From the NCBI GenBank assembly GCA_019358915.1, contig JAHHIM010000017.1:1-64000 (forward strand): a stretch of 64,000 bases of DNA. The letters are read 5' to 3'. This DNA comes from Trichormus sp. ATA11-4-KO1 (GTDB lineage: Bacteria > Cyanobacteriota > Cyanobacteriia > Cyanobacteriales > Nostocaceae). A model generated the notes under the pieces. That model did no database searches and was not told the origin of the DNA. It worked only from the letters and a program-made list of their open reading frames with translations. The position numbers and the translations under genes were made by a program. Positions 28,102 to 39,434 of the stretch are shown here, piece by piece. The number at the start of each line of letters is the position of its first letter. The first letter of the stretch is position 1.

Positions 28102-29364
28102 AGTAATTATTTAGCCATTGCTACTGTGACTGCAACTCTACAAAGAAGCTTGCAAGCTAGTGTACAACTCGATGTGGACGGTGCGAGGGTGACTACTGTT
28201 AGACCCGATCGCTTGAATAGTGGTGCGCCGGAAGTTGGAGTTAATTTGTATCTTTACGATATTTTGCTGAATCCGGCTTGGCGCAGTGCTGACTTACGTC
28301 AACGCCACTCATCGGAGGAGAAATATACTAAGCGATCGCAAACAGGTTTGGATCTCTACTACTTATTGAGTTGTTACGGTAACGATGTGGAATTGGAACC
28401 CCAGCGCCTGATGGGTAGTGTTGTCCGCACCTTGAATAGCAAAACGCTTGTTACCCAAGAGATGATTCGGGAAACAGTAACAGACTCAACTTTTACCTTT
28501 TTGGCAGATTCTAACCTTGCTGATCAAGCTGAGGCGATCGTGATTTCTCCCGTTGATTTGAATGTAGAAGAAATATCCAAAATTTGGACTGTATTTTTCC
28601 AGACTTCTTACTCGTTGTCCATAGCTTATAAAGTGAGTGTCGTCTTAATCGACAGTGGCGATATACCCCAGAAACCTTTACCTGTACGCAATCTTCAGCG
28701 TCATGTCACACCATATCAACCTGCGATCGCCCAAATCAAGGTAGTAGAAGAACTATCTAAAATTTGGCAAACTCAACTAGCAACAACACCCTTAATTTTG
28801 GCTACCAGCACCTTACTAATTCAAGGTAACAGGTTAAGTGCAGACATTACCCAAGTCAGTATCGGTAATGTCAAGGTAGTTCCACAAACAGTAACCGATA
28901 GACAAATTACTTTGGATCTTTCCTCCATACCTATAGAGTCTCTACGGGCTGGTGTCCAAAGTTTACAGGTAATTCATCCTCATCAACATGTAATTTCTAA
29001 CATTTTACCCATCGTGTTGCGTCCAACCATCGAGGAAGTTACCGTGTCTAATTTGCAAGGGAGGGGTAATGATACGCGAACTGCTGATGTCACTGTCCTA
29101 GTCAATTTCACTATTGATAAAGCCCAACAGGTAACTTTGATCCTGACTGAACTTTCACTTGTACAATTTTCAGGATACTCCTGCGATCGCACCAAGAATC
29201 GCCGGGCTAATTCTCATGCAATTACCTTTACAGTTACCGATTGTTTACCAGGGACTTATTTAGTACGTCTGGTAGTAGATGGGGCTGAAAGTTTACTCAC
29301 AGTTGATCAAGATCCGAATAGCCCAACATTTGAGCAGTATATTGCACCTGTTGTGGTGTTTTGA
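28099..29364 (+). CDS. DUF4255 protein with C-terminal Ig/IPT-like region
   Basis: MSNYLAIATVTATL, VNLYLY, LDLYYLLS, SKIWTVF, YKVSVVLI; GTYLVRLVVDGAES. Confidence 0.85.
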   Translation: MSNYLAIATVTATLQRSLQASVQLDVDGARVTTVRPDRLNSGAPEVGVNLYLYDILLNPAWRSADLRQRHSSEEKYTKRSQTGLDLYYLLSCYGNDVELEPQRLMGSVVRTLNSKTLVTQEMIRETVTDSTFTFLADSNLADQAEAIVISPVDLNVEEISKIWTVFFQTSYSLSIAYKVSVVLIDSGDIPQKPLPVRNLQRHVTPYQPAIAQIKVVEELSKIWQTQLATTPLILATSTLLIQGNRLSADITQVSIGNVKVVPQTVTDRQITLDLSSIPIESLRAGVQSLQVIHPHQHVISNILPIVLRPTIEEVTVSNLQGRGNDTRTADVTVLVNFTIDKAQQVTLILTELSLVQFSGYSCDRTKNRRANSHAITFTVTDCLPGTYLVRLVVDGAESLLTVDQDPNSPTFEQYIAPVVVF

Positions 29365-29644
29365 TGATTAGCAAGAAAAAGGGAAAACAACTAACCTGAA
29401 CTTCCCCGATTGACAAAAGTCGAATACAATTGTACGAATGATGTATAAGCCATCTAAAGCCGCTTCTGATGCGATTTTTTGTATATCTCTTTTCATTAAT
29501 TCGTAGCGAATTCTTTGCGTACCTCTGCGCCTCTTTGCATTTAACTTTCAACCCTCAATTCGCCACGATAGCTCTGTTTCTCCTAAACAAAAATTCCCGT
29601 CGTCATTAACAGTAACAACGGGAGTTAATCAAATTTATGATTAA

Positions 29645-30952
29645 TTATCGAGAAGCGACTTGTGGGCTTGCCCAAACTTGTGTAACTTTCTTACCGAAAG
29701 TAATAGGCTGGTCTGTGTCTGTGGTATTTAGAGTTTTACCATCACTAGCAACTTGCACTAAAGGCCAGTCTTCCTCTCCCATTTCACCTGCACGAAACAG
29801 TGCATGATCTGGTTGGTTTTTACTCCAACCTAACAAAACTGCTATTTTTTCATGCTCGTGTTCTTCACGAGCAGGCGCAACAGTGTTAATGTGATTTCTT
29901 TGCCGATCCCAAATCACTGCTTGATCTGTAGAATCACCTGTATTAAACTTCCCTTCAAACTTACGTGCCAAGAAGCGATCGCTTTTTTCCGACCAGCTTA
30001 CAGGAACTAAAACCCCAATTCTACCATTCCTATCTGTATCGACTGGTTCTGGCGATGCCAGGTTTGTGTTTAATAAAGGATCGCTCAGAGGCGCAGTTGA
30101 AGCCATCACCCGCAACTTTTTAGTTTGCGTATCTTCCACAAACATCACACTGGTAACTTTGCTGTTATACATTTCGGGTCTTACTTCTAGTTGCACCCTG
30201 CTGTAAACAACATACCTACCATCAGGAGAAATCACAGGTACACTGCGATAGTGGCGCACTCCCGAACCACCATTAGCACTAATAGCTTCTTGAGTGGCGA
30301 CTATCCACTCCCAAGGAATTGGATGAGGACTACCTATAGGATCTACTTGTGCTACTTGCGCCTCATCTAGTTCTTCAACAGCAGGTATTTCCGTTGTTGA
30401 GTTTGGTTGTAATTTGATCGGAGTGACTGTCAATGATTTAGCCGTGGACATTTCCCTCGAGAGCAAATTCTCTTTCTTTGGCAACGACTGAATGTGAGCA
30501 ATTTTAAATTTTTGCGCTAAATTCGATTTACTCACAGATACCTGTGGAATTGGTGCGAGTTCGACTGCGGCTAATGCATCAGCAGCACCTACATCGCTGC
30601 TGGAGAGAAAATCATCTATTACCAAAGACTCAATTTTGTCCGCTTTTAATATTGACGGTTCCCCAATAGTAGCCATTGCCAATGGCACAGACTCAGTTTC
30701 TCCGGTTATAGAATTTATGGGAGATGTTTTTAATATTTCAACTAAATCAGATTCACTAATAGTAGCTGTTTCCTCTGATACAGAATTAAATTCTTCTGTT
30801 TCCGAACTTACTTTTGCTACTACTTTTGATTGTTTTGCTGAGGTAGAGTGACCTGATGTCGCAACTAAGGGGGCGATTAGCATCACAACAACAACATAAT
30901 TGAGAAATGGTTGAAGGCGGAACCATCCTGACAGCAAGAAGAGTTTGAGCAT
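29645..30952 (-). CDS. Hypothetical exported protein
   Basis: Signal-like N-terminus, low-complexity middle, C-terminal domain with SPDGRY and PVSWS; start uncertain (track 31009). Confidence 0.7.
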   Translation of the reverse strand: MLKLFLLSGWFRLQPFLNYVVVVMLIAPLVATSGHSTSAKQSKVVAKVSSETEEFNSVSEETATISESDLVEILKTSPINSITGETESVPLAMATIGEPSILKADKIESLVIDDFLSSSDVGAADALAAVELAPIPQVSVSKSNLAQKFKIAHIQSLPKKENLLSREMSTAKSLTVTPIKLQPNSTTEIPAVEELDEAQVAQVDPIGSPHPIPWEWIVATQEAISANGGSGVRHYRSVPVISPDGRYVVYSRVQLEVRPEMYNSKVTSVMFVEDTQTKKLRVMASTAPLSDPLLNTNLASPEPVDTDRNGRIGVLVPVSWSEKSDRFLARKFEGKFNTGDSTDQAVIWDRQRNHINTVAPAREEHEHEKIAVLLGWSKNQPDHALFRAGEMGEEDWPLVQVASDGKTLNTTDTDQPITFGKKVTQVWASPQVASR

Positions 30953-31949
30953 GAGTAGACTCTCTAGGGGAGGGCGGGTGCTGTGTGAAGAGCAATGCCG
31001 ATGGAGCAAGGGAGCAGGCGATAATTACAGGTATAACAACAAACTCAAAGATTTAATGCGTAAAACCAGATAATTTCTTTAAAGTTTGCAGAGTTTTACA
31101 AAAATTTAGTGTCATTATTCACACCTCATTCATGAAAAATTGTTGGTTTTTGCAGAAAGTTTGCCTACACAACACCCATGCAGATTAACTAAACAGTTAC
31201 TGCATAAAGTAGACTGTGGCTGCCGCCCCACCCGTCCGCACCAGACAACTAGTAATAGGTGAATAGAGTATTAACACCTATTATGTAGGCTAAAGATACT
31301 GGCAGCACAGAGGCAGAGCCGAATACTGGTCTGTTGGGAGGCTATTAGCAAGGGCTAAACCACAGGAGGTTTCACTATTGATTCCTGCTACAACAGTGCA
31401 GACCCTGATAACGGTAGAAGTGAGGCGTTACTTTAAAAGTTGGGAAAAGACGACGCACAATTTATAATACTAAAAAAACACTGTTAGCATCCATCCTCAG
31501 GCAGAAAATGCCATCTCGACTTGAAAAATTGCGCGATCGCAATCAAATTTGAGAAACACAACTACACTTGTAGCCGAATACAGGGGAAAAAGTTCTCCAA
31601 AAGGTTTACTGAGTAGACTGAAAATGGCTTGCTGTTAGACATAGCCAAATAGAACCGCTAGCACTTAGTGCAGTTGATATCAGCTTATTAGCTTGTCAAC
31701 TTATTATTAAGTTTATCAAGCAACCCTGGTTTTCGCCAATATGACACCACCTTAACATCAAAAAAATTCGTTTTGCACTATCTTATGCAAAAAGACTGGG
31801 TAATGGAGATTAGAGACTGAGGCATGAGAACAATTCTTCCTCCCCTACTCCCTTGAAAAAGTGCTGAGTGAGTAAAATATGCTGGTCTCTAGCGTCTCTT
31901 GTTCATTCCTCCTAGTGTGCGTAGTTCATGACAACTACTTAAATAACTG

Positions 31950-32963
31950 ATGAAAATAGTATTCTTCGGGACTCCTCAATTTGCTGTCCCTACCCTAGAA
32001 AAATTACTGAATCAACCAGATGTTGAAGTTTTGGCAGTTGTTACTCAACCTGATAAACGTCGGGAACGAGGTAACAAACTTATCCCTTCACCTGTAAAAA
32101 CCGTTGCTCTTAATCATAACTTGCCTGTGTGGCAACCCCAACGAGTTAAAAAGGATACTGAAACTTTAGTCCAACTTCAACAATGTGATACAGATGTGTT
32201 TGTCGTTGTCGCCTATGGACAGATTTTGTCACAAACAATTTTGGATATGCCAAAGTTGGGTTGCATTAATGTACATGGCTCGATTTTACCCAAATATCGT
32301 GGTGCAGCACCGATTCAGTGGTGTCTGTACAACGGTGAGAAAGAAACGGGGATCACCACAATGTTAATGGATGCAGGGATGGATACTGGGGCAATGTTAT
32401 TGAAAGCAACTACATCCATTGGCTTGCTAGATAATGCTCAAGATTTAGCCGAGAGGTTATCAGTAATTGGTGGAGATTTATTAATAGAAACTTTATTTAA
32501 GTGGGAAAATCAAGAAATTGAACCAGTTCCTCAAGATGATGCGGTAGCAACTTATGCACCTTTGATTCAAAAGCAAGATTATAGATTGGATTGGTCAAAG
32601 AGTGTTATGCAATTACATAATCAAATCAGAGGCTTTTATCCGAACTGCACGACTAGCTTTCGTAACCAAACGCTGAAAATCACTGCTTCTATTCCCCTTG
32701 GCAATGCTTGTGGTTACGCGCTAACACCTGAATTACAGGAACTATACCAAAAATTGCCTGATTTATCAAATATATCAGGTAACCCAGGAGAAGTAATCAG
32801 CATTGCCAAAGGGATGGGCGCGATCGCTCAAACTGGTGAAGGTTTGTTGCTATTACGAGAGGTGCAGCTAGCTGGCAAACGTCCCCAGTCGGGATGGGAT
32901 TTTGTTAATGGGAACCGTTTAACTGTGGGAGAAGTGTTAGGAAATGGAAACTTAGGGCGCTAA
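31950..32963 (+). CDS. fmt: Methionyl-tRNA formyltransferase
   Basis: [43 protein letters not shown]. Confidence 0.96.
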   Translation: MKIVFFGTPQFAVPTLEKLLNQPDVEVLAVVTQPDKRRERGNKLIPSPVKTVALNHNLPVWQPQRVKKDTETLVQLQQCDTDVFVVVAYGQILSQTILDMPKLGCINVHGSILPKYRGAAPIQWCLYNGEKETGITTMLMDAGMDTGAMLLKATTSIGLLDNAQDLAERLSVIGGDLLIETLFKWENQEIEPVPQDDAVATYAPLIQKQDYRLDWSKSVMQLHNQIRGFYPNCTTSFRNQTLKITASIPLGNACGYALTPELQELYQKLPDLSNISGNPGEVISIAKGMGAIAQTGEGLLLLREVQLAGKRPQSGWDFVNGNRLTVGEVLGNGNLGR

Positions 32964-32969
32964 TAACTT

Positions 32970-33335
32970 CTAACTTTTGACCTCTAATTTTTCATAGAAA
33001 CGGCAAGACTCACAAGGCCCATCTGGATTGACAGCACAGCGCATAATTTCCGAATGAGCATTATAGCTACATGTAGCATCACCAATTACCCAACGTCCCT
33101 TGACTAAAGTTTTTTCTGCTGGTCTTTTAGCTGACTGTACATAAAGGGCTATATTGTGCAAGTGGTAATGCCCTGATTTAAGTTGGTATCTGTGGCGGCG
33201 TTCTAAAACCGCATAGGTTTTACCTTCAAAATCGACGTAGTTTCCTGGTTGAGGCGTCCAATCGAGTTGGACTCTACCAAGGGTCTGACTCGGATGCGTC
33301 AGAATTACCTCGGTTGGTAAAGAGTCTGGCTCCAT
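32970..33335 (-). CDS. Conserved cyanobacterial protein (DUF6464-like)
   Basis: VLERRHRYQL and IGDATCSYNAHSEIMRCAVNPDGPCESC. Confidence 0.75.
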   Translation of the reverse strand: MEPDSLPTEVILTHPSQTLGRVQLDWTPQPGNYVDFEGKTYAVLERRHRYQLKSGHYHLHNIALYVQSAKRPAEKTLVKGRWVIGDATCSYNAHSEIMRCAVNPDGPCESCRFYEKLEVKS

Positions 33336-33929
33336 AAGCTTATGTTATGTGATTGACATTATCAAAATGGTATCGCAGTAGGAGTGTGTCACGATGCCAG
33401 TCTTTTTCTCAGCTCTGCTTCTAGCTGTTCTTCAGTGCTGACTACTACCCGCCCCGGTTTGGCTCTAATGATGCTGAGGAAATGCTGAAATGCTGCTTCA
33501 TCTTGGGGATGCGCTTTGACGTATTCCCTTAGCTCTTTCTCTGACAAATTTAAATAGTCACTCATCCGATAATCTCCTCCCCATTACTCAATATTTCTAC
33601 CTCAATTGTTTCACCTATCAAAACCACGATTCTGTTTGTTCTTTCATCAAATCTAACCAATTCTATATTCCTTAGCAGGTTACTGGTGCGAACGCACAAA
33701 TGAAAAAAGGCTTTGAGTTGGTCTATGGTCGGTTCCATTATTTCCTAAAGCCTTACATCATAGCAAATTTTACCGACTCACGTATCATACCCATGTTGCT
33801 CATTGATGAGGACAAGAGAGAGATTTCGCAAATACAAATTTTCTAGAGTGCCTATTACATTGTTTAAAGTTATGTAGCCTTTTGAGTACGGACTATAAGC
33901 TACTGCGGTAAACTATGCCTTGATTATGA

Positions 33930-34217
<288 letters not shown>

Positions 34218-34460
34218 GGAATTGACGCTAAATTCCTGATTTGGTTCACAATTTAGTGTTTCCATAGCAAGCTGCTTTAGCATTGTAGGGTGGGTTCTAC
34301 TCACCCTACTCAAACTTTTTTTTAGTGTAAAAGCTCAAAAATTATCACCATACTTAGTCGCATCGGGAGCAATTTGCTCCTTTTTTCTTGATGAAAATGT
34401 CGTTTTTATCTAGGCAACTATACTAGATTTAATTATCCTCAAAGCAAAGTGGTGTGAGTA

Positions 34461-36359
34461 ATGTGTGGAATTGTTGGGTATATAGGCACTCAAGCGGCAA
34501 CAGATATTTTATTGGCTGGGTTAGAGAAACTAGAGTATCGCGGGTATGATTCGGCGGGAATAGCCACAGTATGGGAAGGTGAGGTTAACTGTGTTCGGGC
34601 AAAAGGTAAACTGCATAACCTGCGTTCTAAACTTGAACAGATAGCAACTCCTGCCCAAATTGGGATTGGTCATACTCGTTGGGCAACTCATGGTAAGCCA
34701 GAAGAATACAATGCCCATCCCCACATGGATATGGCCATGCGCGTAGCGGTGGTACAAAATGGTATTATCGAAAACTACCGCGAGTTGCGCGAGGAACTCA
34801 AGCAAAAAGGACACCAGTTTGTTTCTGAAACCGACACAGAAGTAATTCCTCATCTCATAGCTGAATTTTTAAAGCATCCGCCATCTGACCATCTCCCCGC
34901 CTCTCCATCTCCCTTTTTGGCAGCTGTTCGCCAAGCTGTTAATTATCTGAAGGGAGCATTTGCGATCGCAGTGATTTCGGCTGACTACCCGGATGAGTTG
35001 ATTGGGGTTCGCCAACAAGCCCCGTTAGTGATAGGCTTTGGTCAAGGTGAGTTTTTTTGTGCCTCTGATACGCCTGCGATCGTTGCTCATACCCGTGCAG
35101 TTTTACCTCTAGAAAATGGCGAAATTGCCCGTCTTACTCCCTTGGGAGTTGAAATTTATAATTTTGCTGGCGACAGGTTGAAAAAACAACCCCGAATGCT
35201 GACTTTGAATCCCACAATGGTAGAAAAGCAGGGATTCAAACACTTCATGCTTAAGGAAATTTATGAGCAACCAGGGGTAGTACGAGCGAGTTTAGCAGCT
35301 TATTTTCATACTGATAATTATCCTGCTGCATCAACTTCACCAATTAACCTAGATTTACCTACTGAATTTTACGCAGACCTAGAACAAATTAATATAGTTG
35401 CCTGTGGTACGAGTTGGCACGCAGCATTAGCAGGAAAATACTTAATTGAGCAACTAGCAGGTATTTCAACTCAAGTACACTATGCGTCTGAGTATCGTTA
35501 TGCACCATCACCCCTCACTCCGAATACTTTAATCATTGGCGTTACCCAATCAGGTGAAACGGCTGATACCCTGGCGGCTTTGGGTATGGAAAAAGAACGT
35601 CGTCAGGGGAAAGAAGCCAAATATCAGCCGCGACTGTTAGGCATTACCAATCGCCCAGAAAGCAGCCTAGGGTTAATGGTTCCTCATATTATCAACACCT
35701 TAGCGGGAATTGAAATTGGGGTAGCAGCAACAAAAACTTTTATCGCTCAATTGATGGCATTTTATGCTTTAGCGTTGGATTTAGCGGCTCGTCGTCAGAC
35801 AATTTCGCCAGAAAGATTAGCAGAAATTATTAACGGATTGCGACAAATTCCCCAAAAAATTGAAGCGACATTGCAAAGTCAAGAAAGTTTCACTGAACAA
35901 TTAGCCCATGAATTTGCTGAAACCAAAGACTTTATCTTTTTAGGTAGGGGGATTAACTTCCCTATTGCCTTGGAAGGTGCTTTGAAATTAAAAGAAATCA
36001 GTTACATTCATGCTGAAGGTTATCCAGCCGGGGAAATGAAACATGGCCCCATTGCGTTATTAGATGCCAAAGTACCAGTAGTAGCGATCGCAGTTCCTGG
36101 TAGTGTGTATGAAAAAGTGATTTCTAACTCCCAAGAAGCCAAAGCTAGAGATTCCCGCTTAATTGGGGTAACACCAGTCAAAGATGGCGAAGCAGCAGAA
36201 ATCTTCAACGACTTGCTCCCCGTCTCCGAAGTGGATGAATTACTCTCACCGATTCTCACAGTGATTCCTTTGCAACTGTTGGCTTATCATATTGCTGCGC
36301 GTCGCGGGTTGGATGTTGACCAGCCTCGGAACCTCGCTAAGAGCGTTACTGTTGAATAG
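34461..36359 (+). CDS. glmS: Glutamine-fructose-6-phosphate transaminase
   Basis: MCGIVG, GHTRWATHG, SIS domains, DQPRNLAKSVTVE. Confidence 0.98.
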   Translation: MCGIVGYIGTQAATDILLAGLEKLEYRGYDSAGIATVWEGEVNCVRAKGKLHNLRSKLEQIATPAQIGIGHTRWATHGKPEEYNAHPHMDMAMRVAVVQNGIIENYRELREELKQKGHQFVSETDTEVIPHLIAEFLKHPPSDHLPASPSPFLAAVRQAVNYLKGAFAIAVISADYPDELIGVRQQAPLVIGFGQGEFFCASDTPAIVAHTRAVLPLENGEIARLTPLGVEIYNFAGDRLKKQPRMLTLNPTMVEKQGFKHFMLKEIYEQPGVVRASLAAYFHTDNYPAASTSPINLDLPTEFYADLEQINIVACGTSWHAALAGKYLIEQLAGISTQVHYASEYRYAPSPLTPNTLIIGVTQSGETADTLAALGMEKERRQGKEAKYQPRLLGITNRPESSLGLMVPHIINTLAGIEIGVAATKTFIAQLMAFYALALDLAARRQTISPERLAEIINGLRQIPQKIEATLQSQESFTEQLAHEFAETKDFIFLGRGINFPIALEGALKLKEISYIHAEGYPAGEMKHGPIALLDAKVPVVAIAVPGSVYEKVISNSQEAKARDSRLIGVTPVKDGEAAEIFNDLLPVSEVDELLSPILTVIPLQLLAYHIAARRGLDVDQPRNLAKSVTVE

Positions 36360-36387
36360 TATAAATATATACTTACTTTCTAATGAT

Positions 36388-36435
36388 AAAATAGCTTCTC
36401 AGTAAGAGAGACATCTTGCAGAAGCTATTTTTTTA
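36388..36435 (+). terminator. Probable intrinsic terminator after glmS
   Basis: AAAATAGCTTCT...AGAAGCTATTTT followed by T run. Confidence 0.6.
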
Positions 36436-36893
36436 TAAAAATCTTATATAAAGTTACATAGATTAACAGTGAAAGTATAAATTGTCTATTTAAATGCGAT
36501 CGCGGAAACTTAAATGTATATTTTTACAACATATTTATGATTAGAATCACAACGTGGACATTCCATGGAGATTCACCCTAATTCATATTCTCATTATGCA
36601 ACGCCCTTGTACTCAAACTTTGGTTCTGGTTTAAGCTAAATTTAGCAGTTACGTATTTAAACAAAAATTTTAGTTTAAAATCATATCATAACATTGTTAT
36701 TAATTTATATATCTTGCTTGCTTAAACAACCAAACAACACAAAATCAGCCAATTGTTAATCACAAAGATATATTCTGTATGCAGTTTAAGTAATATTTGT
36801 AACTGTATTTACTCAAAATCAGTATAAATTTTATCCACTAGCAAAAAATTAGAGTCGGAAATTTATCAAAAAACAATGTGATTTTTTGGTTAT

Positions 36894-36912
36894 CTTAACC
36901 TTTTGTTTACCT
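36894..36912 (+). promoter_or_regulatory. Pho box (SphR/PhoB-type site)
   Basis: CTTAACCT-ttt-GTTTACCT, two 8-mers at 11-bp period, ~60 bp upstream of the pst region. Confidence 0.65.
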
Positions 36913-36971
36913 TGAGATGTATTTTTTAGGGGTATCTTTGGTGTGGCTTATATGGATAAATTCACGAAAGA

Positions 36972-37166
36972 GTGACGGCAATGCTATCACGTCTACATGT
37001 AGTCAACAAGAGTTGCCTAGCAGCTACAGCATCGGTGTTAGATTTGACATCTAGCTTAGGGGCTTGTGTCACAGAGCAAGCCTCAAAAATTTCTGATGGT
37101 ACTGCTACAACTGTAGACTTTGGTGCCAGTGATGTTGCCATGACCGATGAAGCAAGGTCTTTTTGA
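36972..37166 (+). pseudogene. pstS: Internally deleted pstS remnant
   Basis: Lipoprotein-like N-terminus (LGAC) joined directly to PstS motif TVDFGASDVAMTDE, then stop. Confidence 0.75.
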
Positions 37167-37206
37167 TCTGAATCCGTAGTCGTTTCGCAAAGTGAACATA
37201 TTTTTC

Positions 37207-38313
37207 ATGATTCTCAATCGCAAAGTCCTTTTAGCAATCGCCTCTCTACCCATCGTGTTGGTAGCAACAGCCTGTGCGCCTAGCTCAGAACCTGGTAGCA
37301 CTGGTAATGGTAGTGGACAGAATGTAGCCGCTACTGGTGAAAGGGTAGCCATCAGTGGGGCTGGGGCGACCTTCCCTGCACCTCTTTTTCAACGATGGTT
37401 TGATGCCTATAATCGCCAAGTTAACCCCAATACCCAAGTGAGCTACCAGTCCGTAGGCAGTGGGGCAGGCTTGGAGCAGTACATTAATGGTACCGTAGAT
37501 TTTGGGGCTAGTGAAGCACCCATTACTGACTCGGCAGATCGGCTAAAGTCTTTCAAAGGAAAGTACAATTACGATCCGATCCAAATCCCCATGACTGGAG
37601 GTTTTTTATCCTTCTCCTACAACTTGCCGGGAGTTGAAGATCAACAACTCAGACTCTCCCGCACAACCTATTGTGGTATTGTAACAGGCAAAATTACTCG
37701 CTGGAATGATCCAGCGATCGCCAAGGACAACCCCGGTTTAAAAATTCCCGACTTACCCGTGACTTTTGCTCACCGATCTGATGGCAGTGGTACAACCTTT
37801 GTATTCACCAACCACATTCAAACTGTCTGCCCAGACTGGACTGGTGGCGCGGGAACCTCAGTCAAATGGCCTGTGGGGATTGGCGGTCAAGGTAATGAAG
37901 GGGTAGCTGCCACCATTCAGCAGAATGAAGGAGCCATTGGTTATTTATCTTATGCCTACGCTGCCCTTAACGACATTGACTCAGCTTTAATTGAAAACAA
38001 AGCCGGAACCTTTATCGCCCCATCCCCTGAAGCAGCAGCCAACGCTCTGTTAGATGAGCCAGTACCTGATGACTTCGCCCTCCTTGTCCCCGACCCTGCT
38101 GGTAAGGATTCTTACCCCATCGTCGGTCTAGCTTGGGTGATGATTTATCGCAATTATCCAGACGATGCCAAATGGAAAGCCATGCGTAATGTCTTTGAAT
38201 GGTCTTTAGGCCCAGAAGGCAAAAAGGTGGCAGAGGAACTTCTTTATGTCCCCATTCCTGATGCTCTAGTAGAGCGGATTAAAAAGGAGTTTGATACTGT
38301 GAACGCCAAGTAA
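37207..38313 (+). CDS. pstS: Phosphate ABC transporter binding lipoprotein
   Basis: GAGATFP, YQSVGSGAG, VDFGASE, HRSDGSGTT; track start 37192. Confidence 0.95.
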   Translation: MILNRKVLLAIASLPIVLVATACAPSSEPGSTGNGSGQNVAATGERVAISGAGATFPAPLFQRWFDAYNRQVNPNTQVSYQSVGSGAGLEQYINGTVDFGASEAPITDSADRLKSFKGKYNYDPIQIPMTGGFLSFSYNLPGVEDQQLRLSRTTYCGIVTGKITRWNDPAIAKDNPGLKIPDLPVTFAHRSDGSGTTFVFTNHIQTVCPDWTGGAGTSVKWPVGIGGQGNEGVAATIQQNEGAIGYLSYAYAALNDIDSALIENKAGTFIAPSPEAAANALLDEPVPDDFALLVPDPAGKDSYPIVGLAWVMIYRNYPDDAKWKAMRNVFEWSLGPEGKKVAEELLYVPIPDALVERIKKEFDTVNAK

Positions 38314-38322
38314 GGAGCCGAG

Positions 38323-38362
38323 ATTTTTGGGAGTGTTCTTGATCATTAAACACTCCCAAAAT
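38323..38362 (+). other. Stem-loop between pstS and pstC
   Basis: TTTTGGGAGTGTT...AACACTCCCAAAA inverted repeat. Confidence 0.6.
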
Positions 38363-38401
38363 TGACCATGTAATAACCTTATTAAGGAGCGAAATAACGT
38401 C

Positions 38402-39367
38402 ATGACGTCGGCTGACCAATCAACTCCATTAACCAGGAGTAGCCTGGAAAAACAAAACAGTACATCTAGGGTGCTTGATGTTGGTTTTTGGGGACTCACT
38501 TTGCTACTAGCCATCGGTGCTGGAGCAGTTTTACTCTGGGTAATCATACAGACAGCTATAGAAGCTATCCCAGCCATTCAAGAATTTGGTCTCGGTTTTG
38601 TATTCGGTACAGACTGGAACCCTGTCACAAATGTCTATGGGGTACTGCCTCAGATATATGGAACCATAGTCACCGCCTTTATTGCTCTAATAATTGCCGT
38701 TCCCCTGGGCATCGGAGTAGCCATATTTTTAACCGAAGGATTTGCTCCTTCGTGGGTGACAACTCCTATCGCCTTTGCCATTGAGCTAATCGTTGCTATT
38801 CCTAGTGTCGTTTTAGGGATTTGGGGTATTTTCGTCCTCATTCCGGTTATGAGGCCGGTTTTCAGGTTTCTCAATACCTACTTTGGCTGGATTCCCATTT
38901 TCAGTGGCCGTACGCCTATAGGCAATAGCCTACTGATTGTGGGCTTGGTACTGTCAATTATGATTGTGCCTATTATTATTTCTATTACCCGCAGTACCTT
39001 AGAAGTCCTACCCAAAGACCTCCGCAATGGTTCTTTAGCTTTGGGAGCAACCCGTTGGGAAACGATTTTGAGAGTAATGATTCCCGCAGGCTTGTCTGGC
39101 ATTGTCAGTTCCGTTATGTTGGCTATGGGTCGGGCAATGGGGGAAACAATGGTTGCCGCCATGCTAGTTGGTAACGCTAACAGCATCAACATATCATGGC
39201 TCCGTCCTGGATCGACTATCACAGGTTTAATTGCCTCCCAGTTTGGAGAAGCCGGACGCACCCAAGTTGCGGCTCTGATGTACGCTGGTTTAGTGCTAAT
39301 GATTTTGTCGCTGGTGGTGAATATTTTCGCTGAGTTGATTATTCGTCGCTTCCAGAATATTGAGTAA
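38402..39367 (+). CDS. pstC: Phosphate ABC permease PstC
   Basis: AIPSVVLGIWG, ALGATRWET, GRAMGETM. Confidence 0.95.
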   Translation: MTSADQSTPLTRSSLEKQNSTSRVLDVGFWGLTLLLAIGAGAVLLWVIIQTAIEAIPAIQEFGLGFVFGTDWNPVTNVYGVLPQIYGTIVTAFIALIIAVPLGIGVAIFLTEGFAPSWVTTPIAFAIELIVAIPSVVLGIWGIFVLIPVMRPVFRFLNTYFGWIPIFSGRTPIGNSLLIVGLVLSIMIVPIIISITRSTLEVLPKDLRNGSLALGATRWETILRVMIPAGLSGIVSSVMLAMGRAMGETMVAAMLVGNANSINISWLRPGSTITGLIASQFGEAGRTQVAALMYAGLVLMILSLVVNIFAELIIRRFQNIE

Positions 39368-39434
39368 AGTTTCAGCCTTTTTCCTCAGCTTTTAATAAGA
39401 GTAGATGCAAGATTAAGTTTACAGAAGAGCAATT

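Noticed and set aside
34218..34460. glmS ribozyme upstream of glmS
   Set aside because: No recognisable ribozyme core; only simple hairpins consistent with psaC termination
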